Assembly: GCF_003231495.1 (NCBI RefSeq)
Contig: NZ_PQWO01000016.1
Span: 60,001 to 92,000 of the forward strand
Length of the DNA: 32,000 nt
Reading direction: 5' to 3'
From: Acaryochloris thomasi RCC1774
GTDB lineage: Bacteria; Cyanobacteriota; Cyanobacteriia; Thermosynechococcales; Thermosynechococcaceae
The position numbers and the translations under genes were made by a program. A model generated the notes under the pieces. It was not told the DNA's origin. It saw nothing but the letters and a program-made list of their open reading frames with translations, and made no database searches. Shown piece after piece: positions 8,364 through 17,096 of this stretch (within the stretch, counting starts at the first letter, position 1; each line of letters opens with the position of its first letter).

Positions 8364-9602
8364 CTAGCTGGCATCGATCATGCTGTTTTCTGGATTTACC
8401 AGATGCAGAAGCTTTTGCTTGATCTGCTTGTCGTAGACCGTCCACTTTAGCTTCGCGTACTCAGAATTCTCATTGAGACCTGACAGAAAGCCCATCGGAA
8501 TCTCAAAGCCACCCGCCAGAGAGCGTCCGCCACCAAAGAAGCGACCTTGGGCATCTTGACCGAAGGCTTCTTTAATAAATTCATCAGGATCTAGGGTCAG
8601 CTTTGAGGTGCGGAGAGAACCTACAACCAGCTCTAGATCTTCGTCTTCGTCATGGACAATGCCATAAACGACAGCCGTATGAACGTTATCTTCCGTTACT
8701 AAAAAGTCAGCCGCTTGAGGAATCGCGTCCCGATCGTCATAGCGCAGGTATCCCACCCCAGCAATCGTCACGTTGTTGATGATGCTCCGGTTTTTCAGGG
8801 CGCGCTCAATCACGTCCATCACCTGCTTAGAACGAGCGGACTGTAGAACCGTGTTTAAGGTCTGACCGTCATAGAATCGGCTCAAAAAAGCCGCTGCCTG
8901 AAAATCTTCTTCTTGAGCCTGCCGCAAATCGTGGGTATCTGAGCGCAGCCCGTGCATTAAAGCCGTTGCGCACTTGACGTGAGTGCTGTTGCTGCTATCA
9001 AAAGCTAACAAACCAGCCTGTAAATACTGCGTCAAGATAGTGGCTGTTGCACGGGTATTGGACCGAACATCAATGACTTCAGCCTCTAAATTATCCTGGA
9101 GGCTATGGTGGTCAATGATTAAGGCAATGGGGATCCCCGCCTCTTGCACGCGGGGCATCAGCTGGCTCGTGGTCCCTTGATTGTCGATCAGGACACACCC
9201 TTGATAAGGAGATAAATCTCTGGCCTTAGATTTTGGAGATTGGCAGGACCATCGCTGGACGGGAATGCCCGTGAGCTTCACCAACGCAATATTCTCTTGA
9301 TGGCTCAAGGTGCCTGCATAGACGATGTCACACTGAATGTCATACTGTGCTGCAATCAGCTTATAGGCCCAGGCCGAAGACAAAGCATCTGGGTCAGGAA
9401 AGTCTTGTAAAATCACAAGCTGGCGATCACCTCGATGATCTTCGAGCATCTTTTCTAGTGCTGCGGTCTGCACATCGAACAGTCCGCCAGAAACTGAGGC
9501 CCAGCTCTCCTGAGCTGTAGACTTACTCGTTGCACTGTCCACAGTGGGGAGATCGCTCACTGACACATCTTTTGTCTTCAGAGAACTGGAAACCATAACC
9601 AA
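8364..9602 (-). CDS. DHH-family phosphoesterase (NrnA-like)
   Basis: Motifs seen: DPDALSSA, the DHH motif in LIIDHHS, and a C-terminal GGGRSLAGGF (DHHA1-like GGGH region). The track start is TTG at 9600-9602. The in-frame ATG at 9594-9596 is the more likely start. Confidence 0.75.
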   Translation of the reverse strand: MVMVSSSLKTKDVSVSDLPTVDSATSKSTAQESWASVSGGLFDVQTAALEKMLEDHRGDRQLVILQDFPDPDALSSAWAYKLIAAQYDIQCDIVYAGTLSHQENIALVKLTGIPVQRWSCQSPKSKARDLSPYQGCVLIDNQGTTSQLMPRVQEAGIPIALIIDHHSLQDNLEAEVIDVRSNTRATATILTQYLQAGLLAFDSSNSTHVKCATALMHGLRSDTHDLRQAQEEDFQAAAFLSRFYDGQTLNTVLQSARSKQVMDVIERALKNRSIINNVTIAGVGYLRYDDRDAIPQAADFLVTEDNVHTAVVYGIVHDEDEDLELVVGSLRTSKLTLDPDEFIKEAFGQDAQGRFFGGGRSLAGGFEIPMGFLSGLNENSEYAKLKWTVYDKQIKQKLLHLVNPENSMIDAS

Positions 9603-9871
9603 AAGTCCTAACTATTGCTTAAGTCTGAGAGATACGAAGTCTGGATGGCCCCTACAAGATATCTCCTTTGATCATAAACGGGGCTGAGCCCATTTTGCTC
9701 TGTTCCTCTATATAGATATCCTCACTGATGCCACCGACTGATGATAAGGCTGCAGGCCACAGCCCCAGGCTCGAGGACAAACTCTATTTCAAACTACATA
9801 GTGAGGATTCCCGAAAAGGCGTCATGAGATGAAAGGCAGGGGCTAATGAATCAGGCGTGAGGCTTGAAACA

Positions 9872-10369
9872 CTATGCTCCAATAACGTACTTACGCCACT
9901 CTTGATGCAGGCCACTCCGCAGATGCTTCGTCACTTCAAAATACAGGCTGCTGTAGGGCTTGCGGGGTGTTTTTTTGAGCTTCATACGGGCTTCGCTAGG
10001 TCTTCGATTGCCCTTGCGAACATTACAGCAAACACAGGCAGTGACCATGTTGTCCCAGGTGTCTGCTCCTCCGCGAGAGCGAGGAATCACATGATCGAGC
10101 GTCAGCGTTTCTCCCGTATCGCCACAGTACTGACAAGCATGACCATCACGATGGAGAATATTACGTCGAGTCAGGGGAATATCCTTGTAAGGAACACGCA
10201 CGTACTGCCGCAGGCGAATTACCGTAGGCAATGGAAAATCAGCGTAGATTATCCGACCGTTATGCTCGACCTGCTCAGCCTTATCTTTAAGCAAGAGAAC
10301 TACCGCACGACGCCAGCTCGTGATGTTTAGCGGTTCATAGGATGCATTGAGGACCAGTACTTTGCCCAT
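9872..10369 (-). CDS. HNH endonuclease-domain protein
   Basis: Cys/His pattern CQYCG...LTLDHVIPRSRGG...WDNMVTACVCCNVRKGN matches an HNH / zinc-finger nuclease motif. The conserved-looking N-terminus reads VLVLNASYEPL. Confidence 0.8.
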   Translation of the reverse strand: MGKVLVLNASYEPLNITSWRRAVVLLLKDKAEQVEHNGRIIYADFPLPTVIRLRQYVRVPYKDIPLTRRNILHRDGHACQYCGDTGETLTLDHVIPRSRGGADTWDNMVTACVCCNVRKGNRRPSEARMKLKKTPRKPYSSLYFEVTKHLRSGLHQEWRKYVIGA

Positions 10370-10717
10370 CGTGCGTTTTTAAAGGCAATTTGTCCCAGAT
10401 ATTAGCACAGCATGGCCGTTACCGACTGCTTTGTACCTCATTTTGAACAACCCTGATGTCCTCTCTAGCAGTTTCCAAGGGGCAAGCCACTGCGGCTTTT
10501 AAGGAGGTCACAACTGAGGCCCAACGGGCCAAAACCGTCTACCCAGGTTCGGTAAATACCCCTTCATGAACGGGGTGAAAGCACCGCAGTATAGGTGAAG
10601 GAGACCTGCACGTTGAGGCGGATGCTGTTATGGCCCTCTCAATCTGCTGTTTTCTATAAGCGTCGGCTAAGGCTGCTTAGACAGGCGGATATTTTTAGAA
10701 GGAGCTGTAAGCATCCC

Positions 10718-12625
10718 ATGGCAAAAGTTGTTGGAATCGATTTAGGAACAACCAATTCTTGTGTGGCAGTGATGGAGGGGGGGAAGCCCACTGTTATTGC
10801 TAATGCAGAGGGGTTTCGCACGACCCCATCGGTGGTTGCCTTTGCAAAGAATGGCGATCGCCTTGTGGGTCAAATTGCCAAGCGTCAGGCGGTTATGAAC
10901 CCAGAGAATACTTTTTATTCTGTGAAGCGGTTCATTGGGCGGCGGCAGGATGAAGTCAATCATGAGACCACCGAAGTCCCTTACAAAATTCTCAACGTCA
11001 ACGGTAGCGTCAAGCTGGACTGTCCGGCAGCGGGCAAGCAGTTTGCCCCTGAAGAGATCTCGGCGAATGTCCTGCGCAAGCTTGTGGAAGACGCTAGTAA
11101 GTACCTTGGCGAAACCGTAACTCAAGCTGTGATTACGGTTCCTGCTTATTTCAATGACTCCCAACGACAGGCCACGAAAGACGCGGGCAAGATTGCAGGT
11201 ATCGAAGTTCTTCGCATTATCAACGAGCCAACGGCAGCATCTCTGGCCTATGGCTTAGATAAGAAGAGTAATGAAACAATTCTTGTTTTTGACTTGGGTG
11301 GTGGTACTTTTGACGTCTCTGTTCTAGAGGTCGGTGATGGCGTCTTTGAGGTGCTGTCAACATCTGGCGACACACACCTAGGTGGCGATGACTTTGACCA
11401 GAAGATTGTGGATTACCTCGCTGGCGAGTTCCAAAGCTCAGAAGGGATTGATCTGCGCAAGGATAAGCAAGCGCTCCAGCGGCTAACAGAGGCGGCTGAG
11501 AAAGCCAAAATCGAGCTGTCGAGCGTCACTCAAGCGGACATCAACCTGCCGTTCATCACTGCGACTCAAGATGGTCCTAAGCACTTAGATACGACGCTGA
11601 CGCGAGCCAAGTTTGAAGAGCTATGCTCTGATCTCATTGATCGCAGCCGCATCCCGGTGGAGAATGCGGTGCGCGACGCCAAAATTGATAAGAGCGCCAT
11701 TGATGAAGTGGTAATGGTGGGTGGCTCAACCCGTATTCCTGCGGTCTTAGACACTGTGAAGCGTGTTCTAGATAAGACTCCAAACCAGTCGGTGAACCCG
11801 GATGAAGTTGTGGCCGTCGGCGCTGCGATTCAGGCAGGTGTCCTGGCCGGTGAAGTCAAAGATATTCTGCTCTTAGATGTTTCACCTCTCTCTCTGGGGG
11901 TTGAAACGCTGGGTGGTGTAATGACGAAGCTGATTCCTCGGAACACGACTATCCCCACCAAGAAGTCTGAGGTCTTCTCCACGGCTGTGGACGGTCAGAC
12001 CAATGTAGAGATTCACGTTCTCCAAGGAGAGCGGGAAATGGCGACGGATAACAAGAGCTTGGGAACTTTCCGGCTTGATGGAATTCCGGCAGCACCAAGA
12101 GGTGTCCCTCAAATTGAGGTGATCTTTGATATTGATGCTAACGGTATTCTGAACGTTACGGCGAAGGAAAAAGGCACGGGCAAAGAGCAGTCCATTAGCA
12201 TTACAGGCGCTTCGACGCTTTCGGACACTGAGGTTGATCAGATGGTTCGGGATGCGGAGACAAATGCCTCGGCTGACCAGGAGCGTCGTGAGAAGATCGA
12301 GGTCAAGAATCAGGCCGATACGCTTGTCTATCAAGCTCAAAAGCAGATGGAAGAGCTAGGTGACAAGGTTGAAGGACCGGAGAAAGAGAAGGCTGAAGCG
12401 TTGGTGACTGATTTGCAAGATGCGATCGCATCTGAAGACACCGAGCGCATGAAGTCTCTGACCACCGAACTTCAGCAGGCACTGTACGCCATCGGCACTC
12501 AGCTCTACCAGCAGGGAGAAGGTGAAGCACCTCCATCTGACGGTGGCGCAGCTCCAGGACCAGAAGGCGGTAGCGACGATTCCGGTGAAGATGACGTAAT
12601 TGACGCTGAGTTTTCTGAGAGCTAA
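10718..12625 (+). CDS. dnaK: Molecular chaperone DnaK (Hsp70, DnaK2-like)
   Basis: [18 protein letters not shown]..., [10 protein letters not shown] and VGGSTRIP are Hsp70 signatures. The ATG at 10718 is preceded by AGGAG at 10700-10704, so the longer track ORF from 10595 is judged an artefactual extension. Confidence 0.95.
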   Translation: MAKVVGIDLGTTNSCVAVMEGGKPTVIANAEGFRTTPSVVAFAKNGDRLVGQIAKRQAVMNPENTFYSVKRFIGRRQDEVNHETTEVPYKILNVNGSVKLDCPAAGKQFAPEEISANVLRKLVEDASKYLGETVTQAVITVPAYFNDSQRQATKDAGKIAGIEVLRIINEPTAASLAYGLDKKSNETILVFDLGGGTFDVSVLEVGDGVFEVLSTSGDTHLGGDDFDQKIVDYLAGEFQSSEGIDLRKDKQALQRLTEAAEKAKIELSSVTQADINLPFITATQDGPKHLDTTLTRAKFEELCSDLIDRSRIPVENAVRDAKIDKSAIDEVVMVGGSTRIPAVLDTVKRVLDKTPNQSVNPDEVVAVGAAIQAGVLAGEVKDILLLDVSPLSLGVETLGGVMTKLIPRNTTIPTKKSEVFSTAVDGQTNVEIHVLQGEREMATDNKSLGTFRLDGIPAAPRGVPQIEVIFDIDANGILNVTAKEKGTGKEQSISITGASTLSDTEVDQMVRDAETNASADQERREKIEVKNQADTLVYQAQKQMEELGDKVEGPEKEKAEALVTDLQDAIASEDTERMKSLTTELQQALYAIGTQLYQQGEGEAPPSDGGAAPGPEGGSDDSGEDDVIDAEFSES

Positions 12626-12654
12626 AGCTAGCGAGCATTAGCACCTCACTCCGT

Positions 12655-12690
12655 ATATCCCTCTGCGCTTGGGCAGAGGGATATTTTGTT
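12655..12690 (+). terminator. Rho-independent terminator of dnaK
   Basis: A 12-bp perfect stem pairs ATATCCCTCTGC (12655-12666) with GCAGAGGGATAT (12673-12684) around the loop GCTTGG. TTTGTT follows. Confidence 0.8.
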
Positions 12691-12761
12691 ACGGGGTAAA
12701 AAGCGCAACCTGTTATTTATATAAAGTTTGTTGGGATTATTGTTGAGATTAAAAGCAGGGT

Positions 12762-12777
12762 GCGCTAAATTTAGTGT
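12762..12777. promoter_or_regulatory. Candidate NrdR box (distal)
   Basis: GCGCTAAATTTAGTGT contains the perfect palindrome CTAAATTTAG. By eye it matches about 12 of 16 positions of the published NrdR-box consensus acaCwAtATaTwGtgt. It lies upstream of nrdJ. Confidence 0.3.
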
Positions 12778-12804
12778 TAATTTTCTGACCTTCTGAACGC
12801 CTCG

Positions 12805-12820
12805 GCACTAGATATGGTAC
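12805..12820. promoter_or_regulatory. Candidate NrdR box (proximal, overlaps the nrdJ start codon)
   Basis: GCACTAGATATGGTAC matches about 11 of 16 positions of the NrdR-box consensus. It is 43 bp centre-to-centre from the distal candidate, about 4 helical turns. Confidence 0.25.
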
Positions 12821-15800
12821 TTGCACAATCCCCAACGTCTGAACTGAGCGAATCCCAAAGAGCCGTTTTGCAGAAATATCTGATCAATGGTGAAACATCT
12901 TGGGAGGCAGTCGCCCAGCGTGTCGCTCGATTTGTGGCTAGCGCCGAACCGACACCCGAGCTTCAGCAAACCTGGGAGCAGAAATTTCTCTCCATCCTGC
13001 TACCCATGAAGTTTGTGCCCGGAGGGTCCATCCTGGCAAACTCAGACCACGGCACCCACGGGATGCTCAACTGCTTTGTTTTGTCCTCCGAAGATCATAT
13101 CCATGACATCACCAAGCTAGTCTCCGATTCAGTTTTGACCACCAAATTCCGGGGCGGCGTTGGCATCAACATCGGTGCAGAAGGCGACAAAGGCTACATT
13201 CGTCCCAAGGGTGCGCCCTTCCAAGATGGCAAAGCCCTTGGTCCCTGCGCTGTTCTAGATATGGTGTCCGAGAACTCCAAGAAAATCACCACAGGCAACA
13301 AAGCCCGCCGCGGTGCCTTCCTATTCTCAATGAACTGGCGTCATCCAGATGTCTGGGAATTCATTCAGGCGAAGACCCAGTCCACTATCGACGCCAATCT
13401 CGTCAAAGGCATCATCGAAGAAATGGCGCAGTTAACGCTCAGTGATGAGCCTGCCGCCGAAAAGCAAGCGAAATTGACTGCTCTGCAAAACCAGTTGGGT
13501 ACAGCCTGGGTCGAGACCCACCTCAACCCCGAAGGAAAACGCGATCGCAGATGGCACAACGCCAACATCTCAGTACAGCTCGACGACGAGTTCTTTGAAA
13601 AGCTCGACCAAGGAGACGAAGAAGCCCAGAAGCTGTGGCACACAATGGCACAGAATGCCCACGACACCGCTGATCCGGGCCTGCTTTTGATTGATAACGC
13701 CAAACGTCGCAGCCCCATTCGAGATTTTGTCACCTGCACAAACCCCTGCGTCACAGCCAATACCTGGATCCACACCGGAGAGGGAGCACGCCAAGTCAAA
13801 GATTTAGTTGGCATCCAGCACAGCACTTACGTTAATGGCGAGCTGTTTAGCACTACGCGTGAAGGCTTTTGGGCCACAGGCGACAAACCTGTCTTTCGGT
13901 TGCAGACTCAGGAAGGTTACCACCTACGGTTGACCGGAAATCACCGAGTCTTGAAGGTCACAGCCCAGACCCGACGGCGTCAATATACAGAGTGGGTAAC
14001 AGCAGACGCTCTAGAGGCAGGCGATCGCATCCTTCTCCACAACCACCGTCAGATTTCCCCTTGGCAAGGTGCAGGAACGCAGAACGAAGGCTGGCTTTTA
14101 GGAAGCTTAGTGGGCGACGGTACCTTTGCAAATAATGCCTCTGGGGCAATGCAGGGCATTCTGGCATTCTGGGGCGAGCATCATCAGCCCATGCTCAATC
14201 ACGCAGTTACGCTGCTCAATCAAATTGACTGTACAAGCTCCTTTGGCCGTTCCTATGCCGTGGCAGGAACCTGCACTCAGCAGAAACAGAAGGGCGTTGT
14301 CTCGACCGTTCGCTTAGCGAGGTTGGCTCAGACCTTTGGAATTAAACCCGGCCACAAAACCATAACGACCGCTGTCGAACAGGCCAGCTACGCTTTCTAT
14401 CAAGGATTCCTACAGGGACTTTTTGATGCCGACGGAAGCGTCCAGGGGAACCAAGCAAAGGGCGTGAGCCTGCGTCTGGCACAAAGTGATTTACCGCTTT
14501 TAGAAGCAGTACAGCGCATGCTTCTCAGGATGGGAATCGCTTCCACCGTTTATGCTCAGCGCCGAGAGGCACAGGAGCGTCTACTACCCAACGGTCAAGG
14601 AGGAACTGCTCTCTACGCCTGTAAGGCTCAGCACGAGCTAGTCATCGCAGGAAATAATATCCAGCAATTCGCAGAACAGATAGGCTTTCAGGATCCAGAC
14701 AAAGCGGCAAAATTGAACACTGTTCTCGCAACTTACGTCCGCACACCCAATCGAGAGCGATTCGCGGTTACCGTCACATCACTAACCCCCGACGGTATCG
14801 AGACCGTCTATGACTGCACCGTCCCTGGTCCGGCCTGCTTTGATGCCAATGGTCTAGTCGCCCATAACTGCGGAGAAATTTTCCTGCCGCCAAATTCTGC
14901 CTGCAACCTCGGCTCCCTGGTTCTTACTAAGTTTGTACACCGTGACGAGCAGGGCGAGATCAACGTTGATTGGGATGATTTAGCTGAAACCGTCGGAATT
15001 TCAATTCGCTTTCTTGATAACGTATTGAGCGTCTCTGAGTTTGCCACCCCGGATCAGAAAGAGAACGTCACCAACGTCTTTCGTCAGTTGGGCCTAGGAA
15101 TAATGGGCTGGGCTGACTATCTGAAACTGGCCCGGATTCCCTATGACTCTCAAGAACATCTCGAAGCCATTGACCACTGGGGAAGCTGGATTGCTAACCA
15201 TGCCTACCGGGCCTCAGAAACCATTGCAGCAGAAAAGAGTCCCTGCGGTGTATGGTCACAAATCAAAGACGTTAAGACCGGCAACCCCTTTGAAATGTGG
15301 GTTGATAGTGAAGGCAACCACTACAATGGTGCCGAAGTGCTGGAGAGTGATCGCCAAGATCTAGCGCAAGTCCCTCGCCGGAACGCCACCGTACTTTCCA
15401 TCGCCCCCACCGGCAGCATTGCGCAGCTAGCAGCCTGCTCCTGGGCCTTTGAACCTGACTTCGGCCTCACCCTCTGGAAACAAGTCTTTGTGGACGCCTC
15501 TAAGAATGAGCAGAACTGGGTCCAAATCCTCAACCCCTATCTTGATGAGCTGGATCTATCTGACGCGGATGCTGAGATCGTCAAGCAAACGGGTTCCCTC
15601 GCAGGTACTCAATATGCGACAGCACATCCAGACGTTACTGGCAGCTTCAAGATTGCCCGTGAAATTCCACCCGGCTGGCATATCATTGTCCAGTCAAAAT
15701 GGCAGGACTGGATTGACTCTTCCATTTCTAAAACCATTAATCTCCCGGCTCAGGCAACCGTCGAAGAGATCAAACAAATCTATCGCTTAGCAGAGAAAGC

Positions 15801-15894
15801 CGGACTCAAAGGTGTTACCATCTATCGATCTGGGACCCTAGACTCTGAACCGATTAAGGTGGGTGAAGCCGAAAAATCAGAGGAGACGGCTTGA
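12814..15894 (+). CDS. nrdJ: Class II (adenosylcobalamin-dependent) ribonucleotide reductase catalytic subunit, intein-containing (NrdJa-like)
   Basis: Extein motifs seen: FVPGGSIL, MLNCFVL, TNP|CGEIFLPPNSACNLGS (split by the insert), SIAPTGSI and SKTINLP...TIYRSG. Removing 374 aa leaves about 652 aa. Confidence 0.9.
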   Translation: MVLAQSPTSELSESQRAVLQKYLINGETSWEAVAQRVARFVASAEPTPELQQTWEQKFLSILLPMKFVPGGSILANSDHGTHGMLNCFVLSSEDHIHDITKLVSDSVLTTKFRGGVGINIGAEGDKGYIRPKGAPFQDGKALGPCAVLDMVSENSKKITTGNKARRGAFLFSMNWRHPDVWEFIQAKTQSTIDANLVKGIIEEMAQLTLSDEPAAEKQAKLTALQNQLGTAWVETHLNPEGKRDRRWHNANISVQLDDEFFEKLDQGDEEAQKLWHTMAQNAHDTADPGLLLIDNAKRRSPIRDFVTCTNPCVTANTWIHTGEGARQVKDLVGIQHSTYVNGELFSTTREGFWATGDKPVFRLQTQEGYHLRLTGNHRVLKVTAQTRRRQYTEWVTADALEAGDRILLHNHRQISPWQGAGTQNEGWLLGSLVGDGTFANNASGAMQGILAFWGEHHQPMLNHAVTLLNQIDCTSSFGRSYAVAGTCTQQKQKGVVSTVRLARLAQTFGIKPGHKTITTAVEQASYAFYQGFLQGLFDADGSVQGNQAKGVSLRLAQSDLPLLEAVQRMLLRMGIASTVYAQRREAQERLLPNGQGGTALYACKAQHELVIAGNNIQQFAEQIGFQDPDKAAKLNTVLATYVRTPNRERFAVTVTSLTPDGIETVYDCTVPGPACFDANGLVAHNCGEIFLPPNSACNLGSLVLTKFVHRDEQGEINVDWDDLAETVGISIRFLDNVLSVSEFATPDQKENVTNVFRQLGLGIMGWADYLKLARIPYDSQEHLEAIDHWGSWIANHAYRASETIAAEKSPCGVWSQIKDVKTGNPFEMWVDSEGNHYNGAEVLESDRQDLAQVPRRNATVLSIAPTGSIAQLAACSWAFEPDFGLTLWKQVFVDASKNEQNWVQILNPYLDELDLSDADAEIVKQTGSLAGTQYATAHPDVTGSFKIAREIPPGWHIIVQSKWQDWIDSSISKTINLPAQATVEEIKQIYRLAEKAGLKGVTIYRSGTLDSEPIKVGEAEKSEETA
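13747..14868 (+). mobile_element. Intein with LAGLIDADG homing-endonuclease domain, inserted in the TNPCGE motif of NrdJ
   Basis: The insert starts with Cys (CVTANTWIHT) and has block B LTGNHRVL. LAGLIDADG motifs are LLGSLVGDG (14095-14121) and LQGLFDADG (14410-14436). It ends ...GLVAHN and is followed by the +1 Cys of CGEI. The extein sequence is contiguous across the junction. Confidence 0.85.
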
Positions 15895-15945
15895 GATGGC
15901 GGCGGAGAGATCTTTAATCTTCCGTCGCTCCTCACCACCGCTACC

Positions 15946-15987
15946 AAGGAAAAATCATGGCTCGCAAAGGAAAAATCATGGCGCACA
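15946..15987 (+). repeat. 21-bp tandem duplication covering the ribosome-binding site and start codon of the nrdJb-like ORF
   Basis: aaggaaaaatcatggctcgca (15946-15966) is followed directly by aaggaaaaatcatggcgcaca (15967-15987). The first 16 nt are identical. This creates two in-frame AAGGA-N6-ATG initiation sites, at 15957 and 15978. Confidence 0.85.
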
Positions 15988-17096
15988 CTGACAAGCTCCT
16001 GAGTCTAGCTGACCAGTTTCCCCAGGCATTTTCAGATACGATCAAGCCTTTGACGCCTCCAGAGGCCCAGAACTCATCTCAGACATCACAAGAAGAGACT
16101 CTGGTTGTTGATCCCAGCAGCAGCGAGTCGGCAGTCTCTACCGATAGCCAGACTTCTGATATCGAAGCAGGGGGGGCTACGCCTGAACCGACCGCAGAAG
16201 ATCGGCAACCATTCCAGCAATCCACGCTAAGCCAGCCATTCCCCACTCAGTTCCTGGCTCTTATGCAGGAGTTTCCTCACGCTTTCGCAGACACATCGGA
16301 AGCCCCGCGCCCCAGCAATGACGAGCCGTCAGGAGCCGTTTCTCTGTCGGCAGAAACAGCCGCCGACTCAGATGGCTCAGAGCAGAGGAACGCGATCGGC
16401 GCGACTTCCGAGCCATCTCTCAGCACTGCATCATCTCTACCGCCAGGGGACTATGACCAGGCACTCCAACGCCACATTTCCACCTTCACATGGGGGGAAG
16501 TCCAAATCTTTCTCACCTATAGCCCGCAAGAACTGCGCTCTATTTGGGTGACGGTTGGTAAGTCAGGAACTGAAGTGCAGTCCCTGTGTGAAGCTATCTC
16601 ACGGCTGATTAACTTGTTGCTTGAAAAACAGACGCCTATCCCTGAAATTTGTCGCCAGATCAGAGGCATTCGTGGCGCTGATTCCGAAGGATTAGGTCCG
16701 AATCGCATTCTGGGGCTTGCTGACTTAATCGGAAAAGCTCTGCATGAGGCACCCGCAAGACTATCTCCGGCAAGTGCGGCAGACGCTAACGAAGCTTCGA
16801 CGCTCACACCGGACCATTCAGGCGACATTACTCACGAGTCAGCCTCTATCAACAGCAGTCCAGCCCAGTCAGAACCAGTTACGGCTACGAACGCAAGTCC
16901 AAGTGGAAACGGAACACCAACCGTGCCCCTTTCCTTGCCCGCAGTAGAAGTGCTACAGACAGCAGCGACCTGGAGCATACCAGAGGTCGGCAACTTAACA
17001 GCCATGCTGTGTCCAGAATGCAGCGCTGAGCTGCATCATATGAACGGCTGCTCGGGAGGCGCTTGTCCAGTTTGTGGCTACAGCAGCTGTAGCTGA
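15957..17096 (+). CDS. NrdJb-like protein: C-terminal domain of class II RNR encoded as a separate ORF, with long low-complexity inserts and a Cys-rich tail
   Basis: The core segment WVTVGKSGTEVQSLCEAISRLINLLLEK...IRGIRGADSEGLGPNRILGLADLIGKAL resembles the C-terminal domain of NrdJ. The end reads CPECSAELHHMNGCSGGACPVCGYSSCS. The ORF is in a different frame from nrdJ, and a stop (TAA 15915-15917) blocks any upstream extension. Confidence 0.65.
   Translation: MARKGKIMAHTDKLLSLADQFPQAFSDTIKPLTPPEAQNSSQTSQEETLVVDPSSSESAVSTDSQTSDIEAGGATPEPTAEDRQPFQQSTLSQPFPTQFLALMQEFPHAFADTSEAPRPSNDEPSGAVSLSAETAADSDGSEQRNAIGATSEPSLSTASSLPPGDYDQALQRHISTFTWGEVQIFLTYSPQELRSIWVTVGKSGTEVQSLCEAISRLINLLLEKQTPIPEICRQIRGIRGADSEGLGPNRILGLADLIGKALHEAPARLSPASAADANEASTLTPDHSGDITHESASINSSPAQSEPVTATNASPSGNGTPTVPLSLPAVEVLQTAATWSIPEVGNLTAMLCPECSAELHHMNGCSGGACPVCGYSSCS

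Noticed and set aside
9857-10330. 157-aa + strand ORF antisense to the HNH gene
   Set aside because: It lies wholly inside the well-supported minus-strand HNH gene and has no motif. It is a typical shadow ORF.
10402-10408. TTAGCAC, which resembles a CIRCE (HrcA operator) half-site upstream of dnaK
   Set aside because: No inverted GAGTGCTAA partner occurs at the required 9-nt spacing, so this is not a CIRCE element.
10595-10717. 41-codon N-terminal extension of the dnaK ORF
   Set aside because: Hsp70 homology begins exactly at [14 protein letters not shown] (ATG 10718), which has an AGGAG ribosome-binding site upstream. The extension ([16 protein letters not shown]...) is not Hsp70-like.
13365-15533. 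Multiple 60-150 aa ORFs on both strands inside nrdJ (for example 13365-13826 -, 13869-14135 +, 14808-15047 -, 15449-15790 +)
   Set aside because: All are nested in the strongly supported nrdJ/intein frame. They are shadow ORFs.
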